From Podarcis melisellensis (taxonomy: Eukaryota), in assembly GCA_964234715.1 (NCBI GenBank), contig OZ174282.1: DNA of 64,000 nt; one strand, given 5' to 3'. The notes beneath the pieces are model-generated. The model was not told the DNA's origin. It saw nothing but the letters and a program-made list of their open reading frames with translations, and did not search any database. This document shows, piece after piece, positions 11,925 through 25,685 of the stretch. Both the position numbers and the translations under genes were made by a program. Each line of letters opens with the position of its first letter. Positions within the stretch are counted from its first letter, which is position 1.

Positions 11925-13868
11925 TATTTTCAAAAACTTATTTGGGCTCCTTTTAAAAAAACCTCATACATACACACAAACACCCACCCACTGTACTCTT
12001 GCTTACTGTGTCCTAGTACTGAGTATGAGAAGTAGATCCAAAATCTAATATTTTGGAGAATGAATTAACTGTGAAGGGTAAAATATACAAAGCAGATGCC
12101 CAAGCCCAGCTTAACTAACATGGTCGTCACAAAACTCAAAACTGAACATCTACCTGGTTATTTTGCATTGCATCAGAGTGGGTTGTTGCCTTACTATATT
12201 ATTTTCTTGTTATACAAGTCTTTTATTTGTTTCCAGAAGAGACCAGCCTCTTTGAGGTACCCACCCAATTCCCTGCCCAAACAAGTGATTCAAAAGAATT
12301 GCTTTACAAGATAATAAACCAGCCCTGCTGTCCCCTCCTGGGTTGGTCCAAAATCCTACCTAATGCGGCACCTGTTCTTCCTGGAAGCCCCTGAACTGGG
12401 CCTTGGGGCAGTGACCCTCTCCCTCACAATCCTGCCTCTGATCCTGGAGATAAATCAGTGGCCACTGATAGCTTTATCCTCCACTAAGTTGTCCAAACCC
12501 CTATTAAACCATGCACTGAGTTCAGCAACCAGAGCTACATGCAGCAATCCAACTGCAGTTGCACCACAGATTTGCATTCAGGCATCCTTGCATCCTTTTC
12601 TCAGCAGTTTTATTTTTTACTCCTTTGTTATTGATCCCCAACATGAATTCTGACTTTTTCACAGCAGCTGTTCAGCATTCACACTGAGCTGTCCACCACA
12701 AAGCCAAGATCCCTTTAGTGGTCAGTTATTGCCCATTCAGACCACAATCATATACACACACGCGTGCAAAGTTGGGATTCTCCCTCCACCCCCTGCCTGT
12801 GCAACATTTTACCCCTGCATGCATCAAACCCCATTTGCCATTTGGCCTCCCAGTTACTCCTTTAGAGAGACAATCTGGAAAATCCAGCACCTCACAGCTC
12901 ACCCTGGACTCTAGGCTATTTATGAGGAAGTTAAAAGGCAAAGTGAGACAATACAGATTCTCTGTGACAACTGTCCATACTTCCATTCTGCTTCCTGCTG
13001 TTTCAGTTGGTTATTGATCCACATGAGGATGCCTTAGCTCACGGCTGCACCGCACATACAAAAACATTTAAAACATGTGGTTCCTCCCCAAGAATCCTGG
13101 GAGCCATAGTTTGTTAAGGGTGCTGGAAACTGTATCTCTGTGCCAGGTAAACTACAGCTCTTGGGTGGCAGAAGCCATGCGTTTCAAATTTGTGGTGTGG
13201 TTGTGACCTTGGTTTACTCAGGACGGGAGCCTTGGGTGAGGGATTTCATGGAAAGAAAGCTCTCTAGATTTCTCATCACCTGAGGAAGTGGGAAGGCTAG
13301 CAGGCCTTGATACCAGCATCTCACTGGCAAATATAGTAATGCAATAAACAAAATAAATAAAACGGCATTGATTGTGAACAGGCTACACAATAGCAGCACC
13401 TGTCTGGGACACTTACAAAATTCCTTGGCCCATCTGTGTCCTGTGCTGACACAGGGCTGCTCTAGGGGATCCACCCACTGCAATGGAGCCCACTGCAAAG
13501 CCTTAAGTGGGAGCAACTGGGCATCACAATGATGCATCTGGACAGCCTGGCGTCTCTCTTCACTGCCCCTTTATCTCTCTTCTCATTCAAAGCTTTCCTG
13601 CCCTTACAGTCTTCGCATTATGGGTACGGCTCACTAGCAATGTATCAAGAGAGAGAACAAACACAGCTTTCCAAGTATTGCTTTCTAGAAAGGACTCAAA
13701 TAGCAAAGACTTGAAAAGGAATAGCCATCCATAAATGGTATAACAGAGAGTCCGAGAAATTGGCTTTAACAAAAAACCAACCCAGAAGTCGTGCATCACC
13801 AGAGGACAAAAGACAAAGGGAGCATTCTCTGCAGTCTGGTGAACCTTTGTTGCCTTTACAAACAAAGG

Positions 13869-14151
13869 TAAAGTAAAAGGTAAAGGTATCCCTGCCCGTA
13901 CGGGCCAGTCTTGACAGACTCTGGGGTTGTGCGCCCATCTCACTTAAGAGGCCAGGGGCCAGCGCTGTCCGGAGACACTTCCGGGTCCCTATTTATCTAC
14001 TTGCACCCGGAGGTGCTTTCGAACTGCTAGGTTGGCAGGCGCTGGGACCGAGCAGCGGGAGCGCACCCCGCCGCAGGGATTCGAACCGCTGACCTTTCAA
14101 TCGGCAAGTCCTAGGCGCTGAGGCTTTAACCCACAGCGCCACCTGCGTCCC
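13869..14151 (-). mobile_element. Sauria SINE, internally deleted
   Basis: Head GGGACGCAGGTGGCGCTGTGGG, (ACCTTT)n-type tail, 12-bp TSD TACAAACAAAGG. Confidence 0.92.
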
Positions 14152-14469
14152 TACAAACAAAGGAGAAGATAGTAAATCCAGTGCCAAAGGCAGTCTAAAA
14201 GCATGTGGACTGGATGGCCTTTTGGGAACATCAATTTTCTGCAAAGGCAGCCAGAACCCTCAGAAAGACAAAACAACATGATGTGACTCTCAAATTCCTG
14301 AGTGCTGTCTGTGCAAAAAGGGGAGGAGGGAGTTTCCCCCCTCCCACTTATATGTAGTTGTAAAGATGTATGATGATAATTTGGATTTTTTATTTTTAAT
14401 TATAAACCACTTGGAGGTGGTTAAAAAAAATTAAGCAGAATATCAGTTCTGCCCTGGATGCTTTGCTGA

Positions 14470-14544
14470 GATCCTTGCATTGCAGGGGGTTGGACTCGAT
14501 GACCCTCGGGGTCCCTTCCAACTCTACAACTCTGTGATTCTATG
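14470..14544 (+). mobile_element. CR1-type 3' tail fragment
   Basis: TGCATTGCAGGGGGTTGGACTCGATGACCCTCGGGGTCCCTTCCAACTCT...GATTCTATG. Confidence 0.75.
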
Positions 14545-14869
14545 AAATAGAATTAATTATTTACAAAATAAAGCGTGGCTTTCAGTTCTATTAGCCGCGA
14601 TGGCTACTTTCGGTAGCACTGACATCTCCAGAGGAGAGATCAGTCTGTGTCTTGATCCATTTATGCCCGGTGCTCGTGGCAGAAGGCATCTATGCAAGAG
14701 GGTGCTGAGTGGGAGACGTGGAAGTCCTCAGGGCATTCGCCCCGCGCACAGAAGGTTAGAGGGTGGGGTTCTGCTGCGTAGGCGTCTTCGGACAAACCGT
14801 TTCCCCTCCTGGCAGGGAGGTTTGGCAAGGGGGGTCCCCCACAGAAGCAGCCCCCCCCACCTGCAGCCT

Positions 14870-15730
14870 GAAGTGACGGAGCCCTGGAGGCGGCGTCGGG
14901 GGCTTCCCCACGGAGGGCGGATTCGAACCTGCCTCCGCCGTCTTTGACCACGACGCCCCGCAGGCGGTCGGAGCTCCGGCGCTGGGGAAGGGGAAGGGCG
15001 GGCCGAGGCCCCGGCGCCCGGGCGCGCTCGGCTCCGAGGGGCTGCCTGCCTGCCTGCGCCCCAGCCGCCCGGAGGGGCTCCCCGAGCCCCGCGCAGCCAG
15101 GGCCGAGGGGGCATCCCGACCCCAAGTCCCGAAGGGCCGCCCCACGCCGGCTTTCACGCGGCCCCCTGAAATCTCTTTCCTCGACTCGGAAACAAGCAGC
15201 ACGTGCGGAGCGCCGTGCGAGTCGGAAGGCGGGGACTCCTGCCGGGACTCCGGCTCCGCTCCCGCCCGCGGCCCCCGGCCGGACTCACCTGCCTGCCTGC
15301 CTGCCTGCCTGCCGGGTGGGCGTCCGCGCCTCGCGCTCCCGTCGCGGCTCCTTCTTAAGACTCGGGCGGGCGGGCGGGGCCAGAAGAGCCCTGAGCTGCC
15401 GGCGCCGCCCCGAGGCGGGCGGAGGCCGCCGGCGACCCCCTCGGGCCGCCCCTTTCCTCCGGGAAGGGGCCGGCGAGGCCCTCGATGCTCCCCCGAGAGA
15501 GCGCCGGGCTCCGAGGCCGCGTCCCCCTCGCCCCTCCCGGGCCAACCTCGAGGGGAGGGCGGCGCGACCCCCGCGGGTCCCTCGAAGTGGGCCGGGCCGG
15601 GGGGGCATGGGGACCCCTCGGGGGCAGAGAGGCTCCCAGCCCCTTTCAGGCCACTCCGGGGCAGAGTTCTTCGTGGAAGGTTCCGTGGTCACTTTCAGAG
15701 CCTCTTGTGAGTCAGGCGCGTTGCGGAAAT
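14870..15730 (-). promoter_or_regulatory. PLAT: CpG island, probable PLAT promoter
   Basis: Very GC- and CpG-rich. Tandem GC boxes GGGCGGGCGGGCGGGG at 15364-15379, a TATA-like TCTTAAGA at 15353-15360 and an AP-1 site TGAGTCA at 15708-15714 lie upstream of a minus-strand splice donor. Confidence 0.7.
15289..15330 (-). other. PLAT: Putative non-coding exon 1 of PLAT (start approximate)
   Basis: Strong donor CAG|GTGAGT at 15289/15288, about 65 nt downstream of the TATA-like box. Mammalian PLAT has a non-coding exon 1 and a long intron 1. Confidence 0.6.
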
Positions 15731-16277
15731 TGGGCTTCATTTTAAGAATATGCGGAAAGATTTGTTACCAATTAAGACTATCTGAGCGGGGTAACTTGTA
15801 TGGTCATTCATTCCAATGAGAAGCAGGGGTGCGGCGAGGTATTTGGGGACCCCCTTCACTGCCTCCAAGGCCTTCAGCTGAGGACTCCACGAAAACCCCT
15901 TCCAAAACAGGTGCTGCACCAGCAGAGAAAGTCCAGGCCGACTGCGGCCAAGAGGAAAGCCTTTGACCTGTCCCAATAACTCACTACCAAGAGGAGCCAG
16001 GCTGCAAGCAAAATATTCTGCTGGCCTTTCATGGGAAACTAGGGTGGTGGCTGCAAGAGGCACACAGCTGCTGGGCTGGAGAAGGAGCAAAGGAAAGCAG
16101 CGGACAACCGTGTGGTGGCCCAGATGCCTCCAGAAACACTCGCTCTGGGTTTGGGTCATGGCCATGCTAGATGCATCAAGCAGGAAATGGCTGCCTCAGC
16201 ACCAAGGGGTTGCCACCTTCTTATTTGTAAGCACACCCTCTGCCCTTGTGCTAATTAAGTTGATGGCTCACCATACC

Positions 16278-16800
16278 ATAGAATCATAAGAGTTGGAAGA
16301 GACCCCGAGGGTCATCTAGTCCAACCCCCTGCAATGCAGGAATCTCAGCTGCAGCATCCATGGCAGATGGCCACCCAGCCTCTGCTTAAAAACCTCCAAG
16401 GAAAGCGAGGCCACAACCTCCTGAGAGAGTCTGTTCCCCTGTCAAACAGCTCTGATTGTCAGAAAGGTCTTCCTGATGTTTAGTCCGAATCTCCTTTCTT
16501 GCAACTTGAAGCCATTGGTTGGAATCTTCCCCTCCAGAGCAAGAGAAAACAAGCTTGCTCCATCTTCCATGTGACAGCCCTTTAGATATTTGAAGATGTC
16601 ATTCATATCTCTTCAGCCACCTCCTTTTCCAGGCTAAACCTACCCAGCTCCTTCAAGTGCTCCTCACAAGACTTATTTTCCAGACCCTTGATCATTTGCA
16701 TTGTCCTCACCTGTCAACGTTCCAGCTTGTCAACATCCTTCTTAAATTGTGGTATGTCCAGAATTGGACACAGTATTCCAGGTGTGGTCTGACCAAGGCA
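16278..16800 (-). mobile_element. CR1 LINE 3' fragment, older subfamily
   Basis: CATAGAATCATA tail. The antisense strand encodes [13 protein letters not shown]-like CR1 ORF2 sequence near 16760-16800. Confidence 0.85.
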
Positions 16801-17320
16801 GCAGAGAGTGGTAGATTGGGATTTGTGGGCTGCGATACCAAAAGTTTGAGAAGCCCTTAGGGTGGCTTAACAGGAAAGGGTTATCAAGGGTTATCAATTT
16901 CATTCAATGAGCCAGCTGTGTGTGTCACCAGCATTAGCCTCATTGAACTCATTGGAAGGTGCTAGCCAAGATGTCTCGTTCAAAGACTTGAAACTTTAGT
17001 AGCAGTGTACACTACATAAAAATAGTGCAGAAATCAGAGGCAGACACCAGAGGTCTTTCCTTGGACTTAAGGTATGGTTAGCCTTGGATTGTTGCCAAAG
17101 CTAAAAAATTAAGCTGTCTGCTTCAAAAAGCACAAAGATGCACAAAAACAGACAATTTCCCCCTCACTTGGTTTCTTCTTCAATTGTTTAGTTCATCGGA
17201 ACAGAGGCAGCAACCACCAGCCACACCTAGGCACATGTGGCAGTTCAGTGCCACTAATGCAGCGGTGTGACTTCACCCCCAGAGGTGCACTCCATTGTCT
17301 CAAGACAGACGGAGGCTAGA

Positions 17321-17352
17321 AACAACAACAACAACAACAAACAACAACAACA
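17321..17352. repeat. (AAC)n microsatellite
   Basis: Read directly; one interruption. Confidence 0.9.
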
Positions 17353-19339
17353 CCACACTAGCAGCCGGTGCACAGAGTGAGGAACTACCTAGCAGAAAGG
17401 GTTGGTACATATAATTTTTATATTTATTTGCTTCCATTTCTCTTCATTTATACTCAAAGCAGTTAATAAATGGGTGAAAACACAGCATTCACAAAATGTT
17501 CATTAGAGGTTTTTAAGCAGAGGGCTGGCTGACCACCTAGCAAGGATGTTGTAGGCTAGTGGTGGACTAGATCACTTGGAGATCCCCCTCTGTGATTCTG
17601 TAGTATAAGTCAGTTCAATTTGTATCCCCTTTTACAGCTCAACCCAGAATTGGCTTTATTACTTGTATTTGATGGACAAATACTTGGCAACTTTTTAATT
17701 CATCAGTTCAAGACTTATTATTGCTAAAAACTGGAAGGTTCTAAAACCCAATCTACAGTATTACAAAGCTGGCATCAAGAAGTGTGGAAACTAATCTGAT
17801 GGGGAAATACACACACAAAAGCACAGTTATAAGGAACAGAGACAGGCAAGTTCACTAGTAGAGGGAAATTAAGTGGAATCAGATTTATTGTGAGATAAAT
17901 CATTCTATTGAACTTTCATAAGAATAAGACTTTGGGAAAGCAAACTATTATTGCCAGCATAGAAAGCCAGCAACATCCTGCTTTTCATAAACACATCCAG
18001 CTTTAGAAGACAAGGCAAGAGAGGTTAACTGCCCAGCAGGCATGCAAAAGTGTGTTACAAATCTCCAACAGCCAGTTTCTGTAAACAAAGGCTGCATATG
18101 TACCATGCATTTAAAGAAGCCTGGGAAATGCAGGGGTGAACACAGTTCCCAGCATTCTGAGGGTGGGGGGGGCCATGTGCTTTAACTGTGCTTCCAATAT
18201 ATGGTGTGTGTGCAGCCAAAATGTGGGGGGGGGAGGGCACACTTTTGCGTAGAGAAATAGTGCAAGTGATTTTTTGTAAGCGACTGAGATTTTATTGCAA
18301 TCAAGCAGTATATACATCTTGTGATATAAATCAACACATTAAAAATGTGTTTTTCACCTTTTCCCTGCCCACCATTTCACAGTTGATGGGAAGGTTGTCA
18401 CTTCGTGGAAGAAAATATGCTTTGCTGCAGCGATAACCACACAGGAACAACAGGAAAGCTGATTCACCTTAAATCTCACTTTGGATCTCGGCAGCAGTTT
18501 TTATGCAAAAACTGCAGATCAATTGCTCATCCAGGGAAGCCAGGGAGAGAAAAGGGCTCTTTCCATCAGGAAAAAAGTTGGAACGCCCTAGGATGAAATG
18601 TCATGCCCTAGCTTTCGCTAGGGAGGAAATCCTGGTGAATCTCCAAAGAGGACATGATTTCCATGTGTGCCCCATCTGTAGCTTTGCCCACGTCAGTCCT
18701 AGGCCTTATCACAACACTGGGGAGTCGTCACAGGACAACAATCTGATAGGAGTCACAGAGACACATAATGTATCTGGACCTAGTTATGGCTCCTAACGGG
18801 CAGTGATTCAACAACTAGAATCACGATTACCTATTGCTCATGCCAAGGAGAAACTGTATAAGTTAGCCAATAAGTTGTTGGCATGAAATAAGTAAACAGT
18901 GAGGAGGACTCCATTTCCAGTACAAAGAGCCTTGTGACTTGCAATAATACTTTTGAAAATGTCAGGGTACAAATAATAGACTGTTACAACTGGATTTTGA
19001 AATGTTACCATGTGAAAGCTTTTAAAAGTTGTGGGAAAGTGAGCTAAGGCGGGAGCTGACAGATGAGCAAGATAAAGATGTCACAGACATATGGGGCAAA
19101 TAAATCTAGCATCAGGATTCCTGTAGCTTCACAAAGTGCAACCAGACTCAAAAGAGATATTGCAGAGATGGGGAAAGTCAGAAATGGCACTCAGAATGAC
19201 CAGGGGACTGGAGCAAATGCAGGGGGAAGCAGGCAGAAGCTCCAGACGGAATGCAAAATAAATCCAGTCACTGTGGCTCTAAAACTGAACTAATCCTAAC
19301 ATATTCACTCCACTCATTCAAGTTTACTCACAATGAATC

Positions 19340-20215
19340 ATAGAACCAAGACAATAATGCCCATTTACACCACAAAGAACTCGTAACCAGAACTCAGAAC
19401 TCACCAGCCAGAAACATCATAACCAGACACTGGTATGACCTGTCAAGAGTAAGCATGGACCAATGGTACCAAATAGTATGGGAAACGGCCTTATTAGAAA
19501 AAACTAACCAACAAACTGAAACTCACATGGGGACAAATAGAAGAAGACTTTATCACATACACAGCCTTTATCACATACACAGCCCAACAAGACAGTAACA
19601 AAAATCCACCAACAGCATACAAATCAATACTGTACAGTGGTACCTCGGGTTACAGACGCTTCAGGTTTCAGACTCTGCTAACCTAGAAATAGTACCTTGG
19701 GTTAAGAACTTTGCTTCAGGATGAGAACAGAAATTGCGCAGTGGCGGCGGCAGGAGGCCCCATTAGCTAAAGAGGTGCTTCAGGTTAAAAACGGTTTCAG
19801 GTTAAGAACGGACCTCCGGAACGAATTAAGTTCTTAATCTGAGATACCACTGTATGGCTAACCTGATCCAAAACACCCACCCACCCCACTCATACTTGAA
19901 AACAAAGACCACCACAGCCAATCACAAATGAACAGCCACCCCCTAGGCCACCCCCAACCTCTCTCACCACCAAAGGAACACAAGCATATAGCAGAGAACC
20001 TGCACAAGCGATGCTGACACAAAACCCCATACATATATGAAGTAAAATAGAAACATTGCCACCTGACCCCACCCACCTTTTCCCCTCCACCTCTTTCCCC
20101 CTTTTCTTCCTAATGTTTCAACAAATGAAACTGATCTGTAAAAAATGTTACTTGAAAAAAGAGAGAGAGAGACATTGCACATACTTTTGTAAACCAAGAA
20201 AATCTTTAAAAAAAA
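19340..20215 (+). mobile_element. L1-like LINE 3' end (second family) containing a nested MITE
   Basis: Translates to ARNIITRHWYDLSRVSMDQWYQIVWETALLEK, resembling the L1 ORF2 C-terminus, followed by a 3'UTR and A-rich tail. Boundaries are approximate. Confidence 0.6.
19635..19852. mobile_element. Tc1/mariner-Tigger-type MITE, CAGTGGTACC family, copy 3
   Basis: TA|CAGTGGTACCTCGG ... GAGATACCACTG|TA. Confidence 0.88.
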
Positions 20216-22415
20216 TTCATTTAAAAAACCCAATGAATCACAGAATTGCAGAGTTAGAAGGGATCCAGCGGGTCATCTAGTCCAGCCCATCAGGTCCAAT
20301 CAGCAAAACTGGGCAGCTTCATAGAAGATCCCCTCTTGGAACTCTGGCGCTGGGAAGGGAGCGGATTTTTCTGGTGATGGAAGGGGCCCTTCTTCACGAC
20401 CAGGACGCCAAGTGGAAAGCTGCCGCGTCATTAGCTAAGAAGCCAAATCGGGTTCTTCACTCTGAGCCTGATGCCAGAGCAGGACCCTCACAGACACCTT
20501 TCTTTGAGCCCAGAGAACCACATTCCCCTCCCCCTGTGCCACCAGTTCACTGGCACAGAGAGCACGCCAGGTGGGAGGCCACAGAGGCTGTTACCTGTCC
20601 AGTTCAGCCCATGAGAATGACCTGGCCCACAGAACCCACAAGGGGTTCCAAACAGCCCAGCCCTCTGTGTGTCAGGGATTGGGGGGCTGGCCCTCTTAAG
20701 CCTCTCAGTGTCATTGCCTCCAGATGAGGGCATGGACTCTGAAGTGGAAGGGTAAGCAGGGCCAGCCCCACAAAGGCTCTCAGGTGAATCTGTGGGGCCA
20801 GTGCCCCACCCATTCCTGCCTGGGGATGTGGCACTGCCATTCTCTGACTCAGAGGACTCCGCTGGAGAAGAACAAGAAAGACCAGGGCTTCCCCCACTTT
20901 GTTGCAGTAGATTACTAGATTACTGGAGGAGGCTGGGCCCCTTTAGCTAGGGCAACATCTTGCAGCACAGGTGGAGCTAACAATTATGTTGCACCTGCTG
21001 CTACTTCTGTAAATGGACTCAGTTTCAGTTTGTTCCTTGCTGGAGCAGCTACAGAGCTTTGTTCTTTAGAGCACAGCCTTCAGAACCTTTACTTACACCC
21101 ATGTTGGGCCTTGCTGCACAGAGGAACACAACAAACACCCCAGAGGTTACTGAAGGCAGAGCAAGTTGTTCCCTAGGAGCTCTCCACGGTGCTGAGACAA
21201 CAGGCCTGCCTTGCTCAAAAGTCCTCAGAGGAAATGACTCACTTGAGATGTCTTCCCTGCTTCCTAGACTCCGAGGTGGGACCAGAACAGGGTGGCAGTC
21301 TTCCTTGGAAACATAAGAAATGCACTGGGACTAAACTCGACAAACCAAGGATTCAAATTTGGCCTGTTAGGGTATTTTCCCTAAGCTATGCTCACCTGCC
21401 TCACAATTGATGGCATACCTGATGTTAGATGTGAGGGCAGGTAGAGACAGGGCTGCCAGTGCACAACTAGGAGCCTTAAAGAGCACTCCCAACTGTGCAC
21501 CTGGAAAGGAAAGCAGGTGGCAGATTCCCTGTGAAGCACCTTCTCAGTCCACCCAGGCTGGCCACTGGTTCGTCTAGAACAGGAAGTATACAGGGGCTTC
21601 CTGTTCTAGCGAAGCAACAAGATCTCACTGAGTTGCGGTGTTGAACCTGGGACCATCTGTGTGCAAAGCAGATGTTCCAACTCCTTTTTTTTTTTAACAA
21701 AGCACATAGTTAAACTATGGAATTTGCTACAAGATGTCATGGTGGGCATTATTCAAATCAGTGGCTGCAAGTCATGATGGTTGTACGCTGCCTTGGATGC
21801 CAGTTGCTGGGAACAAGAGTTTCATTCATGTCCTGCTCTTGTCCCTGACCCTTTCATGGGTATAAATGCGGGGGAAAGTGTGCATGCCTCACTCCACCCA
21901 TTAAGCACATTAAGAAGTAAGCAGGCCTCGACTGGTCAAGAGTTGGGCCAAAATGGGCAGAGCCACTGAGATAACAGGCACAGCCCAGCCCTTACTTGTA
22001 ATTTGCAGGCTGCAATCCTATAGACACTCCCCTGGGAGTAGGATTGAACTCATTTAATTCTGAGTATAGGATTGCACTGTAAATGCTATTTTATGAATAT
22101 TTGGCTTTATTTCATAAATTTGAACATATTAGGCTGCCTGCATTTGGGACGTGACTGTTCTGCCTCAGCCCTCCACCTCCAGCCTTTCCAAACTGGTGTT
22201 TGTGGTGGATCTATTCGAATTTATCAGTTGTTCTAGGATGGGCTCTGATTGCTACCATATTGCTGTCTGGGAGGGGGGTGGGCTATCATACAACAAAAGC
22301 TTGACAAAAAAACCACCCTCAGAACATTTGTGGTATGAAAAGTTACAAGGTATGCACTGGTTGGAAATGAATGAGTAGGCCCACCCCAAAACCTTTGCAG
22401 GAGCAAACAATACAG

Positions 22416-22466
<51 letters not shown>
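22416..22466. repeat. (TGC)17 trinucleotide repeat
   Basis: Uninterrupted CTG/CAG tract. Confidence 0.98.
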
Positions 22467-24134
22467 AAGGCTATTGAAGAGAAGAAGTCGGTTGCAAATG
22501 GCTGCTTAGCAGAGGACCAGCTTCATTGTAAAAGAACCTTGCACAAGAGCTGGACACAGCGCCACCTTTAGTTGAAATAGCCATATAACGATTCCATGAT
22601 ATATAAATGCCATAAATAAACAAATAAATAAAATGGTGTTGAAAGTGGGAATGTGTATGACCACCCAGATCGCATCCTGAGTGCATAATGAAAAGGATGT
22701 CTGCAAGGACCCAGGTACTCCTTTAGGTTCCCCACCACAATACTTCTGGCTCCCAGCCTGCAAGAATCCTTTCCGCTTCGCTGCTCAGGGGCAGAACTGA
22801 AAAAGAGGAATTTGCTGGTCAATTACAAATTCACATTTTCTCAATCAGTTGCTACTGATGAGTTTCACTGCAACAAAATGCTGCTTCCATTGCTTAATTC
22901 CCAAGCCACGTTGGAGAATATCAAAGAACCATGTAATCTTTGTGATATTTTGAGAACTTGCCGTTCCATTAAGCAATTGGATGACATCAGAACATTTTAT
23001 CTGTGCAGCACACATCTGAAATGGCATTTCCCAGTAGATATGAATGCAGCCGGACAGTCTTTCACCCCTACTCCTCTTATCGGTGTCATTCTAACATTCC
23101 TTATGGAAGCCAAGGGAGGGGCCAAAGCCTCTACTACTGCATCATCCTCATTCTTTTTTTAAAAAATAAAAGCATAGGCACATGAGAAAAGCCGGATCAG
23201 CCCCACAGCCATCGAGCCCCACTTCCTGTTCTCACAGTGGCCCCTGGATGACGCCAGGAAACCCATGAGCCAAACCTTATTCCATCAGCGCTCTCTGCGC
23301 GGGAGACTTCCAGCAACTGGTATTCAGAGCCCGTTTTTGAGCCCTCTGTTCTTTGTGCCCAAATAAGTAGAAGGTTGGTGTGTTTTTTATTTGGTTTTCA
23401 GTTTATCCCCAATTTTAATTATTGAATGTGTTAAATAGTTGTTTTTAACTGTTTTACCAATAATTGTATTGTTTCATTTTTTTGTAAACTGCTTTGAGGT
23501 GTATACATTTTATGAAATAAATAAAATAAAGTGCAGTGCAGCAATGAAGGCAGGTCATTGTAAGAAGCTTACAATCAGCTCATTTACATTTAAGCCCTAC
23601 GTGATTTTTCCAGTTCCCCACACAATCAGAATTACACGGAGAGGCAAGGACGGCCACGTTATTGGTCCATGATATGAAAATGCAACTCTGGGGCAGACTC
23701 AGAGGAACAAGAGACAGAGCCTGGGAGCCAGTGCCCCCTCTTCATGGACCATCCAGGCCAGAAGATGGAGGACTGCCCAACAGCCCTGGCTCCAAGGTCA
23801 GCCTTCCTGGCCAGCCTTCCCCATTCCCAGGGCTGCAGAACAGGGCAGGGGTCCTTTCAGCTCCTTAGAGGGGCAGCAGCGCTAACAGGAGGTATCAGGT
23901 CAGTCTCCATAAGGCAGTGCTTCTCAAACTTTGTTCTCTGGGCCACACTTTCAGAATAAAAATTTGCTAGTGCTAGTTTTTTAAATAGATAATAAATACA
24001 TTGGAAAACAAAATGAAACAACTCCTAGTAGTGCTTGATTTATAACTTGGAACACAACTGTTTTAAAGTATGATCATGGCACATCCAGAAAGTATAAAAC
24101 AATGCAGCTACATAAGAACATGAATCATTCCTAG

Positions 24135-24468
24135 AGGTCCTGGGCCCTAAGGAAGTTAGATTAGCCTCAACCAGAGCCAGGGCCTTTTCAACACTGGTGG
24201 AACGCTCTGCCTCATGAGACCAGGGCCCTGCGGGATCTCATTTCTTTCCGCAGGGCTTGTAAGACAGAGTTGTTCCGCCTGGCCAGTTTGATTCCCTCCC
24301 CCTCTTTTTCCTTTTTCCTCCTGTGATGAGGCTGCATTTTAATGTTTTAATGTTGTATTTTAATCTTGTTTTTAAGTTGTATTCATGCAACTTGTTTTTA
24401 TTATTGCTTGTTAGCCGCCCTGAGCCCGGCCTTGGCTGGGGAAGGTGGGGCATAAATAAAAATTATTA

Positions 24469-24518
<50 letters not shown>
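24135..24518 (+). mobile_element. L2-clade LINE 3' end with (TTA)n tail
   Basis: AGGGCCTTTTC...TGGAACGCTCTGCC (RAFS...WNALP motif), tail GCCGCCCTGAGCCC...AAATAAA, then about 15 TTA repeats. Confidence 0.7.
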
Positions 24519-24519
<1 letters not shown>

Positions 24520-25685
24520 CAGAGGCGTTGACTTATGCCCAAGATTGTGTCTGACGTCATGTGCCTGGCCTGCAATGTGCGGGACATTACATTGTCAGCC
24601 CAGAGAGCTGTGGCTTCAATGGCCAGCAGCCCCTCCTCTCCTGCTCAGGAGGAACTGACCACTGAAGCTCTGCTCCATGCTTGGACTCCTGTCCCAATCA
24701 GCATTGAGGGGGGCCAGCCAACAGATATTGGGGGAGCAAAAGCACCTCGTCCCCATAGAGTTGGTGGCCCTGAATCATTCCAGAAATATAATTATAAAAC
24801 GAGTCTCTTAAATATGCACCTTAAGTATGTCTACAAACTCAATGAGAGGTGCAAACTTGTTTTAGCAGGCTAAGCGCCACCCTCTTAATCATTTTGCTTG
24901 TCCTTTTCTAAACCTTTTCCAACTCTACAATTTCTTTTTTGAGGTGAGACAACCTTAACTTCACAGTACTCCAAATTATGGTTCCCACCATAAGGAAACT
25001 CTGAGCTGAACCCAAATTGAAACTGTACCAACTTTCGGCATGTGATGTTGTCCAACATGGAATGAACAAAAGTCACAGCTGGAAGCGAGGTGGGAGCCTT
25101 CCTGCTATTGAGAGAGGAAAGAAAGATATGCTGTGGAACCATAAGAATCCCTGCCCTCGTGCTTTCCTGCAGACAACAGCCTGGACGGCCCTCAAAGAGA
25201 AACCTTTTCCATAAACAGGAGCACCTGGCCTAAGCGGAGGTGCAAACCACATAAGATGCAGGAGTCCAGTGACTGGAGCTCCCAAAGCCCCCCCCCCTTT
25301 TAACCTTAAATGCAGGTGTGGCATTTAATCCAGATCTGATTGGAGCAAGGACAGCAGTGGAGCAAGGTGAAACATTTCCTTTGCAACATTTTTCCAATTA
25401 AATTGGTTGTGGTTATTATTCTGTATTAAGTTACATACAGTTTCCTTGCCGAAATGGCTTCTAGACTCTCAAAGATAGTTATTAAACCTTCTCTGAAGAT
25501 TATTAGACCTTCAGTAGAAAAAAATTATCCTCCTTTCCCCCCCATTCTAATATCAGCTTGAGTAACAATTCTTTGTGGGGGGAGGTTGAAACCCCTTTCC
25601 CCTTGCAACCCTTCTCCAATCAGTTTCTAAAACACACACTATGGCTGTTTTAAGGTACTTAGGAAGCTGCCTTATTCGTCTACAC

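Noticed and set aside
14600-15819. Long ORFs on both strands, up to 291 aa
   Set aside because: Low-complexity Arg/Pro/Gly/Ala translations caused by stop-codon scarcity in a CpG island; no recognisable domain.
22371-24658. Poly-Cys and poly-Tyr ORFs, also the poly-Pro/Arg and His-Thr ORFs elsewhere
   Set aside because: They are translations of microsatellites.
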